DNA of 64,000 nt from Paracoccaceae bacterium (GTDB taxonomy: Bacteria; Pseudomonadota; Alphaproteobacteria; Rhodobacterales; Rhodobacteraceae), in NCBI GenBank assembly GCA_022822495.1, contig JAJEBQ010000040.1:1905-65904 (forward strand). The letters are read 5' to 3'. A program made the translations under genes and the position numbers. Within the stretch, counting starts at the first letter, position 1, and each line of letters opens with the position of its first letter. Below are positions 57,819 through 64,000 of the stretch, piece by piece. A model generated the notes under the pieces. It did not search any database. It saw nothing but the letters and a program-made list of their open reading frames with translations, and was not told where the DNA came from.

Positions 57819-58199
57819 TAATTATTAACTCTTCTTTATCAAAATTGATATTTCCATAAGTATGCTTTTGAAGAAACAAATGTCGATTTAACGCAAAATA
57901 ACTTATGAACAATCCTTGAGTTGAAGGGGTTTTCCTTTTCCACAAAGATTAAAATTAAAATAAACCTTGATTTATTACCTTTGTAAAGTAACTTCTTTTC
58001 ATACACCAGTTGAAACTATTTCTTGGCAAGGGAGTAAGCATATTTTTACCCATAATCTGGCTAATGGTATGTTAATTGCTTTTAAGTTAATGTATCCATT
58101 GTTTTGATGATTTCGTTATTGTAATAATAACTTCAGATGACGTTTTGGAATTGGTTTCGCCTACGAACATGAGATCAAATTAAATTAGGTAAAAAAGAT

Positions 58200-58715
58200 A
58201 TGATAAATAATACGGTTAACAGGGTAACAATAATTGGCTTCATAGATCGGGAACCAGAGATTAGGGAGTTTCCATCTGGCGGTCAGGTATGTAGTTTTAC
58301 CGTCAAGACATCAGAAAAATTCAAGGACCGTACAACTGGTGAAGATCGGGAAATTTCTCAAGTCAATAGAGTTGGCGTTTATGTTCCACTCTTTATCAAC
58401 GCCATTCAAAACGAGGTTGTTCAAGGCGATCTTGTCTACATTGAAGGAAGAATGGAAACACGAAAATCAACTGATCAAATGGGAAATGACAGATTCTGGA
58501 CGGAGATTTCAATCCGGCCTTACCATGGTTCCTTTGCCAAATTGAATGCCACAGGCGCTGGTGCCGAGAGCAGTTTTCCAGAGAACAAACCTTCCAACGA
58601 ACCAAGCCAATGGCGTAATTATAATACCAAAAATGACAATCCTAATTCGGATACCGGTACCTCACGCCGTGGGTTTTCATCCGATAACGAAGAGGACGAT
58701 AACATCCCATTCTAA
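58200..58715 (+). CDS. ssb: Single-stranded DNA-binding protein
   Basis: OB-fold N-terminus NRVTIIGFIDREPEIR, a Gly/Asn/Ser-rich linker, and the acidic tip DDNIPF. Confidence 0.9.
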   Translation: MINNTVNRVTIIGFIDREPEIREFPSGGQVCSFTVKTSEKFKDRTTGEDREISQVNRVGVYVPLFINAIQNEVVQGDLVYIEGRMETRKSTDQMGNDRFWTEISIRPYHGSFAKLNATGAGAESSFPENKPSNEPSQWRNYNTKNDNPNSDTGTSRRGFSSDNEEDDNIPF

Positions 58716-58817
58716 CATGCTATCTAAACACCCTCTGTTTCGGAGATTTCTCAATACCCGAAACGGTATAAATCTTTGTCCTGGAATCACTACCAAAGCT
58801 CTCAAAAAACACTATAT

Positions 58818-58848
58818 CTGTAAGAGGAAAACTTACAGGAATTTTTTT
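58818..58848 (+). terminator. Candidate rho-independent terminator after ssb
   Basis: CTGTAAG-AGGAAAA-CTTACAG followed by GAATTTTTTT. Confidence 0.5.
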
Positions 58849-58964
58849 CCTGAAATTTCTTCACTTGCTGCAAGAGATTTTGTACCTGAATACACGTTAA
58901 CTGGGGGGCATGATTCCTTATTTTGTAAAGAGTTTGTTTCCTGTAATTCAAGTAGGTTGAGGTT

Positions 58965-61739
58965 TTGACTTTGGACGAAAACAACATTGAAAATGATGAC
59001 GACTATATAGATCCACTTGAGGAGGCTCCAACCGTCTCGCTGACTGACGAGTTGGGATCTTCCTACTTGGATTACGCGATGAGCGTAATTGTGTCGAGGG
59101 CCTTACCAGACCTGCGCGACGGCTTGAAGCCTGTACACCGAAGAATTCTTTATGCCATGCATGAATCTGGAAATAGTCACGACAAACCCTATCGCAAATC
59201 AGCAAGACCAGTGGGAGATGTAATGGGTAAGTATCATCCGCATGGTGATGCTTCCATTTATGATGCTCTGGTTCGAATGACACAAGACTTTTCCATGTCC
59301 GCACCACTCCTTGATGGACAAGGTAATTTTGGTTCCATGGATGGTGATAACGCAGCAGCCATGCGATATACAGAAATACGTATGGAAAAAATTGCCCAGC
59401 AGCTCCTTCTGGATATTGATCGAAACACCGTAGATTTTCAGGATAATTATGATGGCAAAGATCAAGAACCTGTGGTTCTGCCGGCAAGATTTCCGAATAT
59501 TCTGGTTAACGGAGGGAGCGGTATTGCAGTAGGGATGGCCAGCAACATACCGTCTTATAATCTCGGTGAAATCATTGACGCAACCCTCGAATTAATCAAA
59601 AACCCCGACGTTTCCTCAGAAACCATTATGCAATTACTTCCTGGACCTGATTTTCCAACCGGGGGTGTGATCATGGGACGAATTGGTTCCATGCAAACGT
59701 TCCTGGAGGGCAAAGGCCGAGTTGTGCTTAGGGCCAAGACTCACTTTGAGGTGATGGGCAAGGATGGAACCCGTATCGTTATTGATGAGGTGCCTTATCA
59801 AGTCAACAAAGCCAGTTTGGTTGAACAGATTGTAGAAGTCGCTCGCAACAAACAAGTCATAGGTATTTCAAATATCCAGGATGAATCCAACCGGGAAGGT
59901 GTACGTGTAGTTATAGAACTTAAACGAGACAGTACACCTGAAGTTGTTTTGAACCAACTATGGCGCCATACCAAAATGCAATCTTCTATTGTCAGCAATC
60001 TGGTTGTTCTCAACAGGGGCAAACCCGAGTTGATGAACATTTCCCAGATTCTACAAGCCTTTATTGAATTCAGGGAAGAGGTTATAACCAGAAGGACAGC
60101 TGATAATCTTAGAAGAGCTCGCGAGCGAAGCCATCTTTTGTGCGGGCTTGCAGTGGCTATTTCGAATCTTGATGAAGTTGTAAATATAATTCGAAGGTCT
60201 AGTCAACCAAGCGAAGCAAGAGAAGCTCTGATGGCTAGAGATTGGCAAGCAGAACAAATCGCTGATTATATCAAGTTGATTGATGACCCTCAAAACAAAA
60301 TCAATCCTGATAACACCTATCGGTTAACCGAAACACAGGCCCGTGCCATCCTTGACCTTCGCCTACAAAGACTCACAGCCATGGGAGTAAAGGAAAATAC
60401 TGATGAATTGCAGGTGTTGGCTGGAAAAATAAAAGACTATCTTGATATCTTAAGGTCGGGTGATCGAGTTCGAACGATCATTTCCGAAGAGCTGTTGGAA
60501 GTCAAAGATAAATATTCCATCCCCAGAAGAACTTTGATTGAGGAATATGACGAAGAAATAGAAGATGAGGATCTCATACCCCAAGAAGAAATGGTTGTCA
60601 TCATTACCCAAGAAGGTTACATCAAACGTACCCCGCTTGATGATTACCGCCAGCAGTTAAGAGGTGGCAAGGGGCTAGCTGGCATGAATACCAAAGAAGA
60701 AGATTTTGTAAAAAATCTCTTTGTTGCCAACACCCATGATGAATTACTTTGTTTCACGACAAATGGATTAGCTTACAAAATCAAAACCTGGAAACTCCCC
60801 CTCGGGGGAAGAAATACCAGAGGCAAACCGCTTGTTAATGTTTTGAATGTCGAAAGTGGTGTTTCAATATCCGAATCTATTCTACTTTCTGAAAAGGATT
60901 TTGAAGATCCAGAAAAATTTCTGATTTTTGCCTTTTCAAATGGCAAGGTCCGTCGATCAGCGCTATCACACTTCCTGAAAATCCAATCAAATGGGAAAAT
61001 AGCCTTTAGTGATAAGGGAAAATATACCCTTATTGGTACGTGTTGTTGTACAGAATCAGATGATATAGTTCTAGCGTCGAATCGGGGCCAGGTAATCAGA
61101 TTTTCGACCAAATTGTTACGAGAAATCAAATCAAGAAAATCTAAAGGTGTCTGGGGCTTGAAGCTCAAGAAAAAAGACCATGTGATTGGCTTGGTTTCGG
61201 TTCCGGCAGATCAAATTACATCACCTCAACGTAGGACCGAATATCTCAAGTTCCGAAGGGCTGATGATGAGTTCGAGGAAGAAATTGAGGAGACTAGTTT
61301 AGACACTCAGTTTGAGGATCTGCCATTATTTTCTGAAGTTGCTCCCATTACCAATGAAGAATTGACCAAAATCGAAGAATTAATCCTGGTAATTACCAAG
61401 GATGGAGGTGGCAAACTTACTTCCAGTCATGAATTTCCAGCTAAACTCAATAGAGGTGGGTTGGGTGTCAAAGGCAATAAAGGCAAGGGGGTTATTGCCT
61501 TCATGAAAGTTACCCTTGAAGATCAGATCATTCTCGGTACAAATTCTGGCCAGGTCATTCGTTGTGGTGTCAGTGATGTATCGTACCGTTCCAGATCAGC
61601 AGGTGGTGTAAGAATAATGCGCCTTCCTGAGGATTCAGAAATTGTCTCTGTTGCCAAGATTGATTCCTCCAAATTACCAAACGAGGAGGAAGAAGAAATT
61701 GAAGAGGATACTCATGAGGACGTCGTACCCACTGAGTAA
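58965..61739 (+). CDS. gyrA: DNA gyrase subunit A
   Basis: YAMSVIVSRALPDLRDGLKPVHRR, active-site AAMRYTE, GyrA-box-like QQLRGGKG, and an acidic tail. The TTG start is preceded by GAGG, and no in-frame ATG lies nearby. Confidence 0.95.
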   Translation: MTLDENNIENDDDYIDPLEEAPTVSLTDELGSSYLDYAMSVIVSRALPDLRDGLKPVHRRILYAMHESGNSHDKPYRKSARPVGDVMGKYHPHGDASIYDALVRMTQDFSMSAPLLDGQGNFGSMDGDNAAAMRYTEIRMEKIAQQLLLDIDRNTVDFQDNYDGKDQEPVVLPARFPNILVNGGSGIAVGMASNIPSYNLGEIIDATLELIKNPDVSSETIMQLLPGPDFPTGGVIMGRIGSMQTFLEGKGRVVLRAKTHFEVMGKDGTRIVIDEVPYQVNKASLVEQIVEVARNKQVIGISNIQDESNREGVRVVIELKRDSTPEVVLNQLWRHTKMQSSIVSNLVVLNRGKPELMNISQILQAFIEFREEVITRRTADNLRRARERSHLLCGLAVAISNLDEVVNIIRRSSQPSEAREALMARDWQAEQIADYIKLIDDPQNKINPDNTYRLTETQARAILDLRLQRLTAMGVKENTDELQVLAGKIKDYLDILRSGDRVRTIISEELLEVKDKYSIPRRTLIEEYDEEIEDEDLIPQEEMVVIITQEGYIKRTPLDDYRQQLRGGKGLAGMNTKEEDFVKNLFVANTHDELLCFTTNGLAYKIKTWKLPLGGRNTRGKPLVNVLNVESGVSISESILLSEKDFEDPEKFLIFAFSNGKVRRSALSHFLKIQSNGKIAFSDKGKYTLIGTCCCTESDDIVLASNRGQVIRFSTKLLREIKSRKSKGVWGLKLKKKDHVIGLVSVPADQITSPQRRTEYLKFRRADDEFEEEIEETSLDTQFEDLPLFSEVAPITNEELTKIEELILVITKDGGGKLTSSHEFPAKLNRGGLGVKGNKGKGVIAFMKVTLEDQIILGTNSGQVIRCGVSDVSYRSRSAGGVRIMRLPEDSEIVSVAKIDSSKLPNEEEEEIEEDTHEDVVPTE

Positions 61740-61799
61740 TTCTTGAGCGAATACATAGGTATACTGCTTGTTATAATATTTGATATTTTATTCGGGCAC

Positions 61800-62669
61800 A
61801 TGACGACAATTGAGAGATTTGCCCCTTCTCCGACAGGTTATTTGCATTTAGGTCACGCCTATTCAGCCCTTATGGCCTGGCGATCAAGTCAAACAACAAA
61901 AGGTAAATTCTACCTCAGGATTGAGGATTTGGATTCAACCCGTTCCAAGGAGCAATTCACAATAGCCATTGTTGAGGACTTAAACAGATTGGGGATTAAT
62001 TGGGATCCTCCCGTAATATACCAGTCTAACCGCCATCCCATTTATACCGAACAACTTTCCAAACTTATTCGAATGGGGCTTTGCTATCCCTGTAAATGCA
62101 CCAGAAAAGATATTCAGGAATCATTAGAAGCGCCAAATATGCCACTCACTGGTCAAAATAGAAAGTTAATTTATCCAGGCACCTGTCGTAATCGACCGTT
62201 CTCGGAAATGACTAAAGGAGATGCAATTCGATTGAATATTTCTAAGGTAACCGATTATTTTGGTGGCTTGGCTTATTTTCCTAATCTGAACTTTACGGAG
62301 CTTGGCCCAACCAACATGGGTGTACATCGCGTAACACCTGATTTTTTACAGGGTAATTTTGGCGATATTGTGCTTGCTCGCAAAGATATTGGTACATCCT
62401 ATCATTTGGCTGTCGTTATTGATGATGCCTATATGGGCATCACGAATGTAACCCGAGGTGAAGATATATTTGATTCAACCTACATTCATCGTTTGTTGAT
62501 TGAGCTTCTTGAATTGCCTGTTCCTACATGGACACATCATCAGCTCATCCGCGACGAAGCAGGCAAAAGACTTGCCAAAAGAACTCCTTCCTGGACCCTA
62601 AGAACCTTATGGGATAAAGGTTTAAATACGGAAGAAATCATTGCCATAGCCAAAAAGCAGATCTCTTGA
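61800..62669 (+). CDS. gluQ: tRNA glutamyl-Q(34) synthetase
   Basis: RFAPSPTGYLHLGHA, SYHLAVVIDD and LAKR. About 290 aa with no anticodon-binding domain. The ATG at 61800 is preferred. Confidence 0.8.
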   Translation: MTTIERFAPSPTGYLHLGHAYSALMAWRSSQTTKGKFYLRIEDLDSTRSKEQFTIAIVEDLNRLGINWDPPVIYQSNRHPIYTEQLSKLIRMGLCYPCKCTRKDIQESLEAPNMPLTGQNRKLIYPGTCRNRPFSEMTKGDAIRLNISKVTDYFGGLAYFPNLNFTELGPTNMGVHRVTPDFLQGNFGDIVLARKDIGTSYHLAVVIDDAYMGITNVTRGEDIFDSTYIHRLLIELLELPVPTWTHHQLIRDEAGKRLAKRTPSWTLRTLWDKGLNTEEIIAIAKKQIS

Positions 62670-62774
62670 GAAGATAATGATTGTAAAATACATTCGTTTG
62701 ACTTGTAATTCATTTTAATTGACGCAGGTATTTACTCTAATGGTGATTGTAACTTTCTATTGATAACTTTGCTC

Positions 62775-63245
62775 ATGACTAATGTTGATGAAAAAGTAAC
62801 TAAACTTTATACCCAGAGGATTCTGGAACTAGCCAGTAATATTCCACTTAACTCCCGGCTTGAGCATTTCCAAGGTAGCTCGAAAGTACGATCTCCTCTT
62901 TGTGGCTCAACAGTCACTGTGGATCTTGTTGTCAAGGATGGCTTGATCTCCGATTTTGGGCAGGATGTTAAAGCGTGTGCCCTTGGACAAGCGACAGCTT
63001 CAATTGTTGGAAGTAGGATTATTGGTAGAAATTTCGGTGAAGTTAGCAAGGCTAGAGATCAAATGGAAGCCATGTTGAAAAAAAACGGGAACCCCCCAGA
63101 GATACCATTTGAAGAATTGGAAATCCTTTATCCTGCAAAGGATTATAAAAACCGTCATGCTTCAATTTTGCTGGTTTTTGATGCCACACTAAATGCTTTT
63201 GAAGACGCTATGTCATCGCCACAGCCTCATAATAAACTCAACTAA
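62775..63245 (+). CDS. NifU/IscU N-terminal-domain-like Fe-S scaffold family protein
   Basis: YTQRILELASN...SPLCGSTVTV...DVKACALGQATAS pattern of IscU/SufU-like proteins. Confidence 0.6.
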   Translation: MTNVDEKVTKLYTQRILELASNIPLNSRLEHFQGSSKVRSPLCGSTVTVDLVVKDGLISDFGQDVKACALGQATASIVGSRIIGRNFGEVSKARDQMEAMLKKNGNPPEIPFEELEILYPAKDYKNRHASILLVFDATLNAFEDAMSSPQPHNKLN

Positions 63246-64000
63246 TCAGCTCAAGCCAATCTTCTTCATTTATAACTTTAACTCCCAATTCATTGGCTTT
63301 TTTAGATTTGCTTCCGCTACCCGGTCCTGCAATGACCAAATCTATGTTTTTTGATACCGCACTGTAAACTCGTGCACCAAGAGATTCGGCCTTTATTTGG
63401 GCTTCCTTTCTGGTCATTTTTTCCAGCTTGCCAGTAAAAACAAGGGATTTGCCTGAAATGGCTGTAGCCTCTTGATCTGATGATTGGAGATCAAGTATAA
63501 CCAGTTCAGGTATTAGTGAATCGAGCCATACCTGAAATACCGGGTTTTGAAAAGATTCAATCAAAGAATTGGCGATTGTCTCACCTAGTCCACCGATACT
63601 GATTAATTCATCCCAGGCCTCACCTTCCCTAGATGACGCTTGGGAAAGAGCTTCTGAAAATTTGTCCCATGTTTGGTAATGGTCGGCAAGGTGTTGTGAA
63701 TTTTTAGATCCCAAATGACGTATGCCAAGTGCAGTCAACAACTTCGAGAGGCTAACAGTACGCTTTCGTTCAATTTCGGCAAAGAGTTCCTGGGTTGACC
63801 GTTCACCCCAATGCTCTTCATCGGCCAGAACGATGTTGTTGGTTATAAGGTTTTTCTCCAGCTGAAAAATATCACCTGGATTTTCAAGCCATCTTTGCCC
63901 ATTTCCTTCAAATTTGCGGTGATATAATTGCGTGATCATTTTGGTGCCCAAACCGTCGAAGTTCAAACCGTCGATGGAAACAAAATATTGCAGTTTTCCT
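63238..64000 (-). CDS. ligA: NAD-dependent DNA ligase, C-terminal part (HhH and BRCT domains; 5' end off the window)
   Basis: LGIRHLG HhH repeats and the BRCT segment GKSLVFTGKLEKMTRKEAQ...GARV..SVSKNIDLVIAG. The reading frame stays open to the window edge. Confidence 0.85.
   Translation of the reverse strand, partial: GKLQYFVSIDGLNFDGLGTKMITQLYHRKFEGNGQRWLENPGDIFQLEKNLITNNIVLADEEHWGERSTQELFAEIERKRTVSLSKLLTALGIRHLGSKNSQHLADHYQTWDKFSEALSQASSREGEAWDELISIGGLGETIANSLIESFQNPVFQVWLDSLIPELVILDLQSSDQEATAISGKSLVFTGKLEKMTRKEAQIKAESLGARVYSAVSKNIDLVIAGPGSGSKSKKANELGVKVINEEDWLELIS

Noticed and set aside
57830-58199. AT-rich 370-bp stretch upstream of ssb, examined for island boundaries (TIRs or direct repeats matching 55381-55541)
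   Set aside because: I found no convincing repeat pair by eye. Only short palindromes such as GTTATT-GTAAT-AATAAC (58114-58130) are present, as expected in AT-rich DNA.
1-64000. CRISPR arrays, rRNA genes, integrases or transposases, and prophage blocks
   Set aside because: No regularly spaced repeat arrays, no rRNA-like sequence, and no recombinase-like ORF were seen in the six-frame track.

Overview
The window looks like a chromosomal segment of a moderately AT-rich marine alphaproteobacterium. This is inferred from gene content: split glyQ/glyS, a PPDK-like gene, a SleB-type hydrolase, the uvrA/ssb/gyrA neighbourhood, the DMSP demethylase pair dmdA-acuI, and TTT and TAXI-TRAP transporters. 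Coding density is high, with about 50 CDS and 4 tRNA genes. No rRNA genes or CRISPR array were seen.

Most genes are housekeeping:
- Translation and tRNA: glyQS, cysS, gluQ, tgt, alaX.
- DNA metabolism: uvrA, ssb, gyrA, ligA, alkA-like.
- Other core functions: glmM, lon, tpiA, lpdA, and Fe-S cluster proteins.

Organic-acid and osmolyte catabolism modules are interspersed among them:
- tctC, a tctA/B fusion and prpF.
- glcB.
- DUF2182-DUF1326-dmdA-acuI.
- A TAXI-TRAP transporter with tcuAB.
- cimA.
- A Co-type nitrile hydratase.
- A GH116 glycosidase.

The most unusual structure is a 999-bp transposon-like cassette at 35435-36433. It has 23-bp terminal inverted repeats and an exact 8-bp target-site duplication (ATTTTTAT). 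Its only ORF is an NYN/PIN-like nuclease, and it carries no recognisable transposase. It also contains an internal second copy of its left end, which together with the right end forms a 181-bp MITE-like unit. It sits between a HesB/IscA-type gene and tpiA.

Other items worth a second look:
- A hipBA module plus a small membrane protein lies between uvrA and ssb, with four operator-like boxes upstream of hipB.
- A peptidoglycan-binding protein carries a trypsin-like domain that has lost its catalytic Ser and His.
- The PPDK homologue has a degenerate ATP-grasp domain.
- One tRNA-Val copy is aberrant.
- Several strong hairpins and palindromes sit in regulatory positions.

All functional calls rest on motif and family recognition by eye. 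No searches were run.
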